Assembly (NCBI GenBank): GCA_965237445.1
Contig: OZ250142.1
Span: 176,153-240,152, forward strand
Reading direction: 5' to 3'
Source: Dehalococcoidia bacterium
Lineage (GTDB): Bacteria > Chloroflexota > Dehalococcoidia > Lucifugimonadales > G963668185
Length of the DNA: 64,000 nt
The first letter of the stretch is position 1. Each line of letters begins with the position of its first letter. The translations under genes were made by a program, and so were the position numbers. This document shows, piece after piece, positions 45,155 to 54,210 of the stretch. The notes under the pieces are model-generated. The model did not search any database and was not told where the DNA came from. It saw only the letters and a program-made list of their open reading frames with translations.

Positions 45155-47581
45155 ATGCTCCGCGAGCGCGGGCTCGAACTGCTGGATTTCTACTTGGTGC
45201 GCGACCGCGTGGCCGCCTGCGCCACGTTCCCGCCGGCAAAGAGGCTCGCGGAGGATATGGCGCCATCGTCTGACCCGGAAATCGTCCGAGCCCTCCAACA
45301 GGAGACAACCGAGGCCCGCATTCTGCTCAACCGCGGGCTCAGCCTTAGGTTGCCGCCAGTCGAGCACACGCCTGAACTGATAAGGCGTGCCGAACTCGGC
45401 GGCACGTTGACGGGCGAAGAGCTATTGGACGTCTCTGCACTGCTTTCAGCTACAGCGCAGGCAAGGCAGGCAATAGCCCAGCAGCGGGAGCATGCGCCCA
45501 CCCTCTCGGAGCTGGCTGCCAGCGCGCCCGACCTCCGACCCTTGTCCGCGGACATAGCATCGGCAATCGCTCCCGACGGGTCGGTTCTGGACAGTGCGGC
45601 TCCGGGTCTGGGCCTGTTGCGCCGCCAGATAAGGGACGCCTACGCGGACGTTGACACGGCCATGGAGCGGGTCATCGGCACATCCGCCCCGCAGGGCGCG
45701 CTGCAGGACCGTGTCATCTCCGTCCGTTCTGAGAGGCTGGTGCTTCAGGTCAAGGCCGAAATGAGGCATCGGGTCCCCGGCATCGTGCACGACGCCTCGA
45801 ACACGGGAGCAACCGTGTACGTGGAGCCATTCGCCACAGTCGACCTTTGCAATCGCTGGCGCGAGCTCGCCCTGGAGGAACGCCGCGAGGTCGAGCGCGT
45901 TCTCTACCGCCTCTCTTCTGAGGTTGGCCTCCACGCAGGCGATATTTCAGTGGCCACCGAAGTCACCGCGCGCCTGGAATTCATATTCGCGCGAGCGAGG
46001 TACGGAGCGGCGATACACGCTATCGGCCTCCCCGTCAAAATCAACGCCGCCGAGGCGGATCCGGCGGGAGTCCTTAGGCTCTCCGGCCTGCGCCACCCGC
46101 TACTTGAAGAAAGCTCCGTCCCGATCGATGTGAGCGTCGGACCGGACTGGTCGGTGCTCGTGATCACGGGGCCGAACGCGGGAGGCAAGACCGTTGCCAT
46201 GAAGTCCGTCGGACTGCTCGCTCAAATGCATCAGTCCGGCCTGGAGATTCCCGTCGAAGAAGGCAGTTGGCTACCGGTCTTCGATGGCATCTACGCGGAC
46301 GTCGGAGACCTTCAGAGCATCTCGGAGTCCGTCTCCACGTTCAGCTCTCACATGCGAAACATTATCGACATCATGTCCATCGCAACGGGCTCCTCTCTGG
46401 TCTTGATGGACGAGATCGGCTCGAGCACCGACCCCGAAGAAGGTGCCGCGCTGGCGAGGGCCATCCTGGACCGGATGGCGGAGAAGGGCACGCCTACGAT
46501 CGTAACCACTCACCACAGGTCGGTTGCCGCGCACGCGGAAGCGCACGAGAGGATGATGAACGGCAGCGTCGACCTGGACCCGGCCACGCTCGCGCCCACT
46601 TACCGCCTGACGCTGGGAATGCCCGGTAACAGCTACGCCATGACCGTAGCGGCCAATCTCGGTCTCGAAGCGGGCGTCATGATGGCCGCGGAATCGATGC
46701 TGGACCCGGGCTTCCGGCAGTTCAACGATTGGCAGACGGAAGCCGCCGAGGACCGCGCTCGCCTCAGGTCTGCGCTCGAGGAATCGGAGCGCGCCCGTAC
46801 CGGAGCGGAGGCGGTCCGCCGCGAGTACGATGCCAGGCTCGCGGAGATCGAATCCACGCGCCGCGACATCGAAGAGTCCATCCGCAATGAGGTCTCCGAA
46901 CGGTATCGGGATGTCCGGCGCCGGCTCAGGCGCGTCGAAGCTGCCCTTTCGTGGACACCGCCGGATGTTCCGCTACGCGCCGCCCGGTCCCGTGTAAGCG
47001 GACCGACCGCCGGCGGGACGCGCAAAGCCGCCGACGAACTGACCGAGATCAAGCAGCAGATCGACAGCGCCAAAGACCCGCAACCGGCGCCAGCGCCGGC
47101 CGATGCTGAAATCTTGACCCTTGAGGTCGGCCGCACGGCTGAAGTGCGGGGCCTCGGCCTGCGGGGCAAGGTCGAGAGGTTGTATTCCGACACAGGCGAA
47201 GCCGAGGTTGTGATCGGCAACTTACGCATGCGGCTGGACACTCGCAAGCTCCTTGCCTTGCCGGATCAACCAGCCACGGAAGAAGACAACACCCCTGCCA
47301 CTGCTCCCATGGGGTTCGTTGACAAACGTGATGAGACTCCGGCGCGCGACCTGGACATCCGCGGGGCCCGCGTGGAGCCGGCACTGCTAGAACTGGACAG
47401 CTTCCTGGAGCGTGCTTCGGCAGACGGTCTGGACGCAGTCCGAATCGTTCACGGGCACGGCACTGGCGCTCTACGCAGCGCCGTCCGTGAGTTTCTCAAG
47501 ACGCACTCCCTTGTGGCATCGCACCGGCGGGAAGTCGCCGAGCGCGGTGGAAACGGCGCGACCGTGGTGGAACTCATCTGA
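45155..47581 (+). CDS. mutS2: endonuclease MutS2 (MutS ATPase core plus C-terminal Smr domain)
   Basis: It has Walker A GPNAGGKTVAMK, DEIGSSTDPEEG, and the Smr region LDIRGARVEPALLELDSFLERA ... VRIVHGHGTGALR. ATG 45155 is preferred over 45047. Confidence 0.9.
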   Translation: MLRERGLELLDFYLVRDRVAACATFPPAKRLAEDMAPSSDPEIVRALQQETTEARILLNRGLSLRLPPVEHTPELIRRAELGGTLTGEELLDVSALLSATAQARQAIAQQREHAPTLSELAASAPDLRPLSADIASAIAPDGSVLDSAAPGLGLLRRQIRDAYADVDTAMERVIGTSAPQGALQDRVISVRSERLVLQVKAEMRHRVPGIVHDASNTGATVYVEPFATVDLCNRWRELALEERREVERVLYRLSSEVGLHAGDISVATEVTARLEFIFARARYGAAIHAIGLPVKINAAEADPAGVLRLSGLRHPLLEESSVPIDVSVGPDWSVLVITGPNAGGKTVAMKSVGLLAQMHQSGLEIPVEEGSWLPVFDGIYADVGDLQSISESVSTFSSHMRNIIDIMSIATGSSLVLMDEIGSSTDPEEGAALARAILDRMAEKGTPTIVTTHHRSVAAHAEAHERMMNGSVDLDPATLAPTYRLTLGMPGNSYAMTVAANLGLEAGVMMAAESMLDPGFRQFNDWQTEAAEDRARLRSALEESERARTGAEAVRREYDARLAEIESTRRDIEESIRNEVSERYRDVRRRLRRVEAALSWTPPDVPLRAARSRVSGPTAGGTRKAADELTEIKQQIDSAKDPQPAPAPADAEILTLEVGRTAEVRGLGLRGKVERLYSDTGEAEVVIGNLRMRLDTRKLLALPDQPATEEDNTPATAPMGFVDKRDETPARDLDIRGARVEPALLELDSFLERASADGLDAVRIVHGHGTGALRSAVREFLKTHSLVASHRREVAERGGNGATVVELI

Positions 47582-47582
47582 A

Positions 47583-48431
47583 GTGTTCGCAGCGAACAGC
47601 GCGATCGTTGCCGCGGCCCTCGTGTGGTTAACCGTGGCATGTACCTCCAATGCTGCCACGCCCTCCGCGCCGAGCCTGGTAACTTCGCTGCAAGCTCCTT
47701 CGCCAGCACCTTCAACTTCCCAGCCCACAGTTACCGCGCCCGCACCTACGGGTACTCCCAAGATGGCTGAGCCGGCAACACCACACCCTCCTATCCCTTC
47801 GCCCACGCCCACGACTCATACGGATGCGCAGGCAACACCACAGGCCCCATCAACGCCCACGCTCGCACCCAGTCCTTCAACTCCCGAGACTGTTCCGCAG
47901 ACACCCACGCCCGCGCCATCAACCCCATTAACCCAGGTCGCCACGCCAGCTCTCACACCAACCGCTTCGCCCTCCGCCGCTCTGGACCAGCCGAATGCCG
48001 GCCTACCAACGGGAACAGTCATCGTGGACGGGCAGGCGTTTAGCGTCGAAATCGCCGCCGACGCAGGTAGCCGGAGCACGGGGCTCTCCTATCGCGACGG
48101 CCTCGCACACAACGCCGGCATGCTCTTCCTCATGCCTCGCGAAGGCGTCCAGACATTCTGGATGAAGGAGATGCGCTTCCCGCTCGATATGGTCTGGATC
48201 GGCGCCGGCTGCCGCGTGACCGGCGTCACTCACGACGTTCCGTTCCCCGAAGCCGGTACTTCCACATCCGAGCTTCCCCGCTACAAGTCCCCCGACGGGA
48301 CGCTCTACGTCCTTGAAATTAACGCAGGCCTCGCCCGCGACCTTGGCATTATCCCCGGCGCCAAAGTTGCCTTCCTCAACATAGAAGACACACCACTCGC
48401 CGCCTGCCCCCAAACACCGGGCCACTCCTAA
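47583..48431 (+). CDS. DUF192-domain lipoprotein with a long Pro/Thr/Ser/Ala-rich linker
   Basis: GTG 47583 lies 1 nt after the mutS2 stop. The signal peptide has a lipobox (LVWLTVAC). A low-complexity linker of about 130 aa is followed by the C-terminal DUF192 region GLSYRDGLAHNAGMLFLMP ... FWMKEMRFPLDMVWI. Confidence 0.7.
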   Translation: MFAANSAIVAAALVWLTVACTSNAATPSAPSLVTSLQAPSPAPSTSQPTVTAPAPTGTPKMAEPATPHPPIPSPTPTTHTDAQATPQAPSTPTLAPSPSTPETVPQTPTPAPSTPLTQVATPALTPTASPSAALDQPNAGLPTGTVIVDGQAFSVEIAADAGSRSTGLSYRDGLAHNAGMLFLMPREGVQTFWMKEMRFPLDMVWIGAGCRVTGVTHDVPFPEAGTSTSELPRYKSPDGTLYVLEINAGLARDLGIIPGAKVAFLNIEDTPLAACPQTPGHS

Positions 48432-48711
48432 CGCCACCAACCGCCGCACTTTCGACGCCTTAAGAAAAGGACCAGAACACCATCGCCCACTACCCACAAT
48501 CCCGGCAACCCAGCCCGTTCGTAGTGAGCCTGCCGAACCACAATTGGTGGCGACGAAGACACGCCCCGGATACCGTTCACGGAGTCCGAACACCCCCACT
48601 CGCCACTTCCATGCAGCGAACGCGTGTGCTACCATTAGCACATGAACCCAGCCGTCTATGCCACCAACCGCGTGCGAGCCGCAATGAAGAGCGTCCAAGC
48701 TACTCAGATTA

Positions 48712-48856
48712 GTCTCGCTCAAGTGTCACAAATGTGCGCGAACTGGCTCATTTTGTGTACTCCTAGGCTCAAAACTAGTCACCTTTTGTCACTCCAGACA
48801 GCGCCCTCCAGCTTTGGAACGTTACAAAATGTGACGGAATGTGACAGATTTGCGTA
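48712..48856. repeat. iteron-rich palindromic intergenic module A (core TGTCAC / GTGACA)
   Basis: Direct words are GTGTCAC (48723-48729), TTTTGTGTACTCC (48751-48763), GTCAC (48777-48781) and TTTTGTCACTCC (48785-48796). Inverted ATGTGAC at 48829 and 48839 are phased at 10 bp. The module closes with ATTTGCG and is homologous in architecture to 57521-57668. Confidence 0.7.
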
Positions 48857-49029
48857 TCTAACCCACTTCCAGCGCCTCTTCTCACTGGACGAGCGCTCTA
48901 AGTCCCGCAGCGCAGAAGACGAAAGAAACATCGATAGGCCCAGCAACTCCGCAGTGACTGCGCGCCAAACTTTCTTTCGCCTGCTTCACGGTCCGGGCCG
49001 CGTCCTGAGCGCAGCCAAAGGAGCAATGT

Positions 49030-49115
49030 CCAGGTGGCCGGTTTTGGCCGCTTTTGGCCGCCCCAGGAATGTTGGGCACCGCTTGCCAGGTTGGAAATGG
49101 CCGGTTTTGGCCGCT
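49030..49115 (+). repeat. pair of direct repeats CCAGGT...TGGCCGGTTTTGGCCGCT upstream of the Fe-S carrier promoter
   Basis: Perfect 18-mer TGGCCGGTTTTGGCCGCT copies lie at 49035-49052 and 49098-49115. Each is preceded by CCAGGT (49030 and 49086), and there is an extra TTTTGGCCGC at 49052-49061. Confidence 0.8.
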
Positions 49116-49154
49116 AGGGCCGGCAGTCCGCTGACCGACTGGTACCGGTTTCGA

Positions 49155-49184
49155 TTGACTACGCAACGCGATAATGCCTAGAAT
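49155..49184 (+). promoter_or_regulatory. sigma70-like promoter TTGACT-N18-TAGAAT
   Basis: TTGACT at 49155-49160 and TAGAAT at 49179-49184 lie about 60 nt upstream of ATG 49244, which has an AGGAGA RBS. Confidence 0.55.
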
Positions 49185-49243
49185 TGTACAGTCCCCCTGA
49201 AGCTGGCTAGACTTGCCTCGGATAACACCCCACAGGAGACAAC

Positions 49244-49612
49244 ATGACCACTAGGGTCAGACCAAAGAGCCCCTTCCCGAACACTGCGGTCCACGTGACC
49301 GAAAGCGCCGTCGATCATGTCAGGGAGTTCGCGGTTGTGGAAGGCAAGCCGGGCGCCAACCTGCGAGTGGCCGTTAAGGGCGGAGGCTGCTCCGGCCTGA
49401 CCTACGTCCTTGAGCTCGTTGACGAGGAAGCCCAGGAGGACGAGAAAGTTGTCAACGAGCACGGCCTCAAGGTCTTCATCCCGAAGCGCTCGTTCGTGTT
49501 CTTGGCCGGCACCACGCTGGAGTACTCGGGCGGGCTGAACGGCAAGGGTTTCGTCTTCAACAATCCAAACGCCAAGACCACCTGCGGCTGCGGCACGTCC
49601 TTCAGCGTCTAG
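49244..49612 (+). CDS. A-type iron-sulfur cluster carrier (IscA/SufA/ErpA family)
   Basis: 122 aa with the HesB-type motifs GGGCSG and C-terminal FVFNNPNAKTTCGCGTSFSV. Confidence 0.9.
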   Translation: MTTRVRPKSPFPNTAVHVTESAVDHVREFAVVEGKPGANLRVAVKGGGCSGLTYVLELVDEEAQEDEKVVNEHGLKVFIPKRSFVFLAGTTLEYSGGLNGKGFVFNNPNAKTTCGCGTSFSV

Positions 49613-49624
49613 TCCTGCAGCCTG

Positions 49625-50683
49625 ATGCCTAAGCTCACCTCGGCCTCGGCCGCTGACGCACCGCATCTAGCAAGCCTATCCCGTCAGTACACGAACGTCG
49701 GCGAAGAGCTCGGCGCTCTGCTCCATGGAGCCGGCCTCGTCGACCGCTCTCCGATGGGCCGCCTGCGATTCGATGGTGCCGATGCGCTGGACCTCCTGGA
49801 CCGTTTGAGTACCAACGACCTCGAAGGCATATCGTCGGGCGACGCCGTTTACACCGTGCTGACCTCGAACAAAGGCCGCATCATTGACCTGCTGCTCGCA
49901 CTCAAGCACGACGACCATCTGACCGTGCTCACCAGCCCTGATCGCGTCGAGCCGGTTACCGAGCACATCGACTTCTACAACTTCGGCGAAGACGCAGAGA
50001 TCACGGACCGGTCCGAAGAAACGGCGATGCTCGGCCTGTCCGGCCCCGGAACGCCCGAAGTGATCGCCGCCGTGGCCGGCCCGGACGTATGGCCGGATGG
50101 GCCCGGCACCTTTGCCGAAGCCAGCATTGGCGGCATGAGCGCGCTGCTCGTCCGCACCGACTTCCTCCGTGTACCCGGCGTTGACCTCATCGTGAGCGCC
50201 GGCCAGCAAGACGCGCTTCGAAAACACTTGCTGGGCTCCGGCGCGTCCCCTGCCGTAGTCTCCGTGGGCGCCGAAGCCCTCGAGATCGCACGCATACTTC
50301 AGGGCGTACCCGCATCCGGCAGTGAACTGTCCGAAGACCGCAATCCTCACGAGGCCCGCCTCGCCGATTACCTGAGCTTCACCAAGGGCTGCTACGTCGG
50401 CCAGGAGGTCGTAGTACGACTGCACACCTATGACAAGGTCCAGCGGTACCTGTCACCGTTGGTTTGGGAGCCCGCGGACGCCGTGTCTAACGGCGACATG
50501 CTGTTCGCCGACGGCAAGCGAGTGGGCGAGGTCACCTCGGCGGCCGTGGACGTTCGAAGCGGGCATGGCATAGGCCTCGGCTTCGTGCGCAAGGCCCACG
50601 CAGGTCCGGGCAGCGTCTTGCAGGCGGGTACGCCGGACGGTCCGGCGCACGTACGGATTACGGAGTTGCCCGTTACGCCGTAA
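49625..50683 (+). CDS. ygfZ: folate-binding YgfZ/GcvT-family protein (Fe-S cluster assembly/repair factor)
   Basis: 352 aa with a GcvT-like fold and the YgfZ signature KGCYVGQE. It is adjacent to the A-type carrier gene. Confidence 0.8.
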   Translation: MPKLTSASAADAPHLASLSRQYTNVGEELGALLHGAGLVDRSPMGRLRFDGADALDLLDRLSTNDLEGISSGDAVYTVLTSNKGRIIDLLLALKHDDHLTVLTSPDRVEPVTEHIDFYNFGEDAEITDRSEETAMLGLSGPGTPEVIAAVAGPDVWPDGPGTFAEASIGGMSALLVRTDFLRVPGVDLIVSAGQQDALRKHLLGSGASPAVVSVGAEALEIARILQGVPASGSELSEDRNPHEARLADYLSFTKGCYVGQEVVVRLHTYDKVQRYLSPLVWEPADAVSNGDMLFADGKRVGEVTSAAVDVRSGHGIGLGFVRKAHAGPGSVLQAGTPDGPAHVRITELPVTP

Positions 50684-51422
50684 GGGTGGCCCCTCCGTCC
50701 ACTACAATCACTTGGCCTCGTATCATGCGAGCGTCCTCGGTACAGAGAAAGCACACAACCCGGGCGATGTCCTCCAACGCAAGCGGCCGCCCGGCTGGAG
50801 TCTCGCTCTTGGCCTGTGCGGCCATGTCGCTGCCGCCGGGGAAGTGCTCCAGAGCGCCCGTCTGCACGAGGCCCGGCGATACCGCGTTCACGCTAATGCC
50901 CTGCCCGGCAAGCTCGACCGCGAGGTAGCGGGTCAACGACTCCAAAGCCGCCTTAGATGTACCCACCAGGAAGTAGTCCGGGAGCACCCGCTGCGACCCC
51001 ATGCTGCTGATGTTGACTATGCTGCCGCCTGAGTGCATCAGCTTTGCCGCCTCGATGGAGCAGAGCCACGCGGCCCTCGCGTTGACGTTGAAGGTCCAGT
51101 CCCAGTGCTTCTCGGTCAACTGGTCAGCAGGCAGATTCACTCCGGTCGCGGCGTTGTTCACAAGGATGTCCAGCCCGCCGAATGCCTCGCCGATCTTCGA
51201 GAACAGACCTCTGATGCGAGCCGGGTCGCCAAGGTGTGCCCTGACTCGCAGGCACTGAACGCCGTGGTTCTCGATCTGCTCCTGGGTTTCGGCGGCTTCC
51301 TCGTGCCGCCTCAGGTAGTTGAACGCTACGTTGACGCCTCGGCTCGCCAACTCCAGAGCGATGGCCCTTCCTATGCCCCGCGCGCCTCCAGTCACGAGCG
51401 CGGACTTGCCCTTGAACGTCAT
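50673..51422 (-). CDS. fabL: enoyl-[acyl-carrier-protein] reductase, FabL-type SDR
   Basis: 249 aa, collinear with Bacillus FabL: KSALVTGGARGIG, INYxRxxxxA-like NYLRRHEEAAET, LDILVNNAATGV, EKHWDWTFNVNA, VGTSKAALESLTRYLAVEL and IRGQVIVVDGG. Confidence 0.75.
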   Translation of the reverse strand: MTFKGKSALVTGGARGIGRAIALELASRGVNVAFNYLRRHEEAAETQEQIENHGVQCLRVRAHLGDPARIRGLFSKIGEAFGGLDILVNNAATGVNLPADQLTEKHWDWTFNVNARAAWLCSIEAAKLMHSGGSIVNISSMGSQRVLPDYFLVGTSKAALESLTRYLAVELAGQGISVNAVSPGLVQTGALEHFPGGSDMAAQAKSETPAGRPLALEDIARVVCFLCTEDARMIRGQVIVVDGGATLTA

Positions 51423-51433
51423 TTGGCAGGTCC

Positions 51434-52186
51434 CTAGACCGCCAGGCCCCCGTCAACGCTAATCACCTGGCCGGTGATGTAGCCCGCGTACTCGCAGGCG
51501 AGAAATGCAACCATACGCGCCACTTCATCGGGCATTCCGAATCGCCCCATTGGAATGCGCCCGAGCACCTCATCCTTCACCTTCTGTGGGAGTCCGTCCA
51601 CGGTGTCGGTCCTGACGTAGCCCGGCGTGACAACGTTGACGGTAATACCGCGAGTGGCGATTTCCTTGGCAAGCGACTTCGTCATGCCAACAATGCCAGC
51701 CTTGGACGCCGAGTAGTTGACCTGGCCGGCATTCCCCCTGATTCCCACCACCGAGCCGACATTGATTATCCGGCCCCACCTCAGCCGCAGCATCTGGCGC
51801 AAGATCGCGCGAGTGCAGTAGAACGTGCCGTCCAGGTTCACTCGCATCACATCCCGCCACTGGTCATCCGTCATTCTTATCAGAAGCCCGTCGGCAATGA
51901 TGCCGGCATTGTTCACTAGTATGTCCACTGCGCCCCATCGCTCGAGCACCGTGTCCACCATGGCGTTGACCTGGTCGACATTCGAAACGTCAGCGTGGAC
52001 GGCGAACGCCTCACCGCCCATGCCGCGGATCTCCTCCGTTACGCGTTCTGCCTCTTTGGGCGAAGTGTTGTAGTTCACCGCCACCTTCACGCCCAACTCG
52101 GCCAGCCTCAGCGCGGATGCGCGGCCGATTCCCTTGGACGCGCCGGTGACCACCGCGTGCTTGCCTTCTATTCCAGAATCACTCAA
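51434..52186 (-). CDS. fabG: 3-oxoacyl-[acyl-carrier-protein] reductase
   Basis: TTG 52186 is preceded by a GGGAGAGG RBS. Motifs are VTGASKGIGRA, NNAGI, YSASKAGIVGMTKSLAKE and GQVISVDGG. Confidence 0.85.
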   Translation of the reverse strand: MSDSGIEGKHAVVTGASKGIGRASALRLAELGVKVAVNYNTSPKEAERVTEEIRGMGGEAFAVHADVSNVDQVNAMVDTVLERWGAVDILVNNAGIIADGLLIRMTDDQWRDVMRVNLDGTFYCTRAILRQMLRLRWGRIINVGSVVGIRGNAGQVNYSASKAGIVGMTKSLAKEIATRGITVNVVTPGYVRTDTVDGLPQKVKDEVLGRIPMGRFGMPDEVARMVAFLACEYAGYITGQVISVDGGLAV

Positions 52187-52229
52187 GTAGCCTCTCCCAA
52201 ACAGTTTCCGTGCAGAACACTCCCCTGCA

Positions 52230-53255
52230 CTACTGCTCAGAGTTGGCCCGCCCTCGCACGCGGGCCAACTCTTCATTCATTTCAGATACAAACCCGGACT
52301 CGACGAGCAGCCTGGCTGTGTCGATGGCCTTCGACACAGCGTCGGCTCGGGCGCGCCCGTGGCCAACGACGCTAACGCCGTTCACACCGAAAAGCGGCCC
52401 GCCTCCGTAAGTCTCAACTACATTGCATAACTCGTAGACGCGACGGTCCAGGCCGTGCAGGCCATCACCGTCGTTCCTCTGGCGATTTTCCCTCCGCACA
52501 AAGTCCGCGAGACTCCGGCCTAGGCTCTCCGTAAGCTTCATCAGCATGTTGCCCACAAAGCCATCGCAAACGACGACATGCGCCGATCCGGAAGTCAGGT
52601 CGCCCGGCTCGATGTTGCCGATGAAATTCAGCCCGCTCTTTTCCAGGTGCGGAGAGGTCTCTCGCACCTGCTTGTTCCCCTTGCCGGGTTCCGCTCCAAC
52701 GCTAAGAAGGGCAACCTTGGGGCTCTGGATACCCCAGATGGTTCTTGCGAAGACGTCGCCAATGACGGCAAAACTCACGAGCTGGGACGGCCGGCAGTCC
52801 AGGTTGGAGCCAAGATCGATAACCACGGTATGCGGTGCCAGTCCGAGTACCGGTCCGCCCAGAGCAGGTCGGTCGAGTCCCTCGACAACACCCAGCACGA
52901 CAGCGGCCGAGGCCATCGCCGCGCCCGTCGATCCCATCGTGACGCAGGCATCAGCCAGGCCTTTCTTGATCATGCCGGTCGCAACAACAATGGAAGCCTT
53001 CGGCTTCTGGCGCAGCGCCAGGGCCGGGGCTTCTCCCTCTACGATGACCCCCTCGGAGGGCACGATCGAAATCGGCAACCCATCGCAATCGTGTTTGCCG
53101 ATTTCCGCCTCGAGCACATCCGGGTCTCCTACCAGCGCGATGTGGAGTCCGCCGGCCCGAACGGCATTTACGGCGCCGCAGACTACCTCATGGGGAGCGT
53201 GATCTCCCCCCATGGCGTCAACGGCGATGGTTATCGGTTGCCCGTTCCCACTCAT
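52230..53255 (-). CDS. plsX: phosphate acyltransferase PlsX
   Basis: 341 aa with IAVDAMGGDHAP and VVCDGFVGN, typical of PlsX. Confidence 0.9.
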   Translation of the reverse strand: MSGNGQPITIAVDAMGGDHAPHEVVCGAVNAVRAGGLHIALVGDPDVLEAEIGKHDCDGLPISIVPSEGVIVEGEAPALALRQKPKASIVVATGMIKKGLADACVTMGSTGAAMASAAVVLGVVEGLDRPALGGPVLGLAPHTVVIDLGSNLDCRPSQLVSFAVIGDVFARTIWGIQSPKVALLSVGAEPGKGNKQVRETSPHLEKSGLNFIGNIEPGDLTSGSAHVVVCDGFVGNMLMKLTESLGRSLADFVRRENRQRNDGDGLHGLDRRVYELCNVVETYGGGPLFGVNGVSVVGHGRARADAVSKAIDTARLLVESGFVSEMNEELARVRGRANSEQ

Positions 53256-53280
53256 CTACGTTCCCTGTGGTTGTGGCGTG

Positions 53281-53694
53281 CTAGCCAGTGAGCGTAACGC
53301 TGGTCTCGCCTGCAATCGCAGGTTGACCGTCCGGTTTGCGGACCTCAACTGCGCAGGTCACTATACTATCGTTACCGTTCTCGCGCACCGACTTGACCCG
53401 GCCTGTGGTCTCCACGACTTCCCCAGGGAGCACAGGCGCTCGAAACCTCAGCTTGAGCCTGCCGCTGCTGGGCCAGGACTCAGGAAAGGCCACGGCCATC
53501 ATCTCAGAAATCGTAGCGGCTATCATCATGCCGTGAGCGATGGTGCTGCCGAACTGCGACCTTGCCGCGAACTCGTGATTGACGTGAATTGGATTGAAGT
53601 CGCCCGATGCGGCCGCGTACTGCTCTATGCGCTCCTGCGTTATCAGACGCTTAATGGACGGGAGTTCCAGGCCTACCTCGGCAGGAACCGCCAC
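53281..53694 (-). CDS. MaoC-like (R)-specific hydratase/dehydratase, catalytic hotdog subunit (HadB-like)
   Basis: GTG 53694 is preceded by a GGAGG RBS and overlaps the upstream stop by 1 nt. The hydratase-2 motif is YAAASGDFNPIHVNHEFA. Confidence 0.75.
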   Translation of the reverse strand: MAVPAEVGLELPSIKRLITQERIEQYAAASGDFNPIHVNHEFAARSQFGSTIAHGMMIAATISEMMAVAFPESWPSSGRLKLRFRAPVLPGEVVETTGRVKSVRENGNDSIVTCAVEVRKPDGQPAIAGETSVTLTG

Positions 53695-54092
53695 TAGGCA
53701 ACCTCCGGCAGCATGATAGTGCTCTTTCCGGTGAGTACCGAACGCGTCGCCGCATCGCAAGTTTCAAGCTCAACGACTAGAAATCGCCACTCGCCTCGGA
53801 CCGAATTCTGTACCAGGACGGCATTGCAGGTCAGTTCCGAGCCGATCTCCACTTCAGCCAGAAACTGCAGCTCCTGCCCCGCATGCACAGTGCCGCCCGG
53901 AATCCGCAGGTCGTCGATTACGCCCCGGAGACTCATAGCGGCAACGCACATCGGCGGCACCTTCGCGCCGGGTTGCTCATGGACGCTATCGCTGACGGCG
54001 GACACGTAATCTCGTACGGTCGCGCTATCCAGCCTGAAGGCATGCTTGGAGATCGATTGGCCCGTGGAAAGCTTGGAGTAGTCGAGTGTCAT
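53694..54092 (-). CDS. MaoC-N/hotdog-fold protein without catalytic motif (HadA-like partner)
   Basis: 132 aa of hotdog-type sequence lacking the D-x-N-P-x-H motif. It is translationally coupled to the downstream catalytic subunit. Confidence 0.6.
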   Translation of the reverse strand: MTLDYSKLSTGQSISKHAFRLDSATVRDYVSAVSDSVHEQPGAKVPPMCVAAMSLRGVIDDLRIPGGTVHAGQELQFLAEVEIGSELTCNAVLVQNSVRGEWRFLVVELETCDAATRSVLTGKSTIMLPEVA

Positions 54093-54210
54093 GAGTCTTC
54101 AGCCGCAGGCAATGTTGCCCGAAGATCGGCACCGTGTCCATAGCTTCACGAGCGCCACTGGGGGCAAGCCGACGGAGTTTGGCCTGCATGCGCCGTCATG
54201 GACAACTCCT

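Noticed and set aside
47412-47582. 5' extension of the DUF192 ORF overlapping the Smr domain of mutS2.
   Set aside because: It overlaps a conserved domain of mutS2. GTG 47583 yields a proper signal peptide with a lipobox.
48642-49181. 179-aa (+) ORF and 94-aa (-) ORF (48882-49166) in the DUF192-to-Fe-S-carrier gap.
   Set aside because: Composition is odd, there is no RBS and no family resemblance. Both frames run across repeat arrays. I treat them as non-coding.
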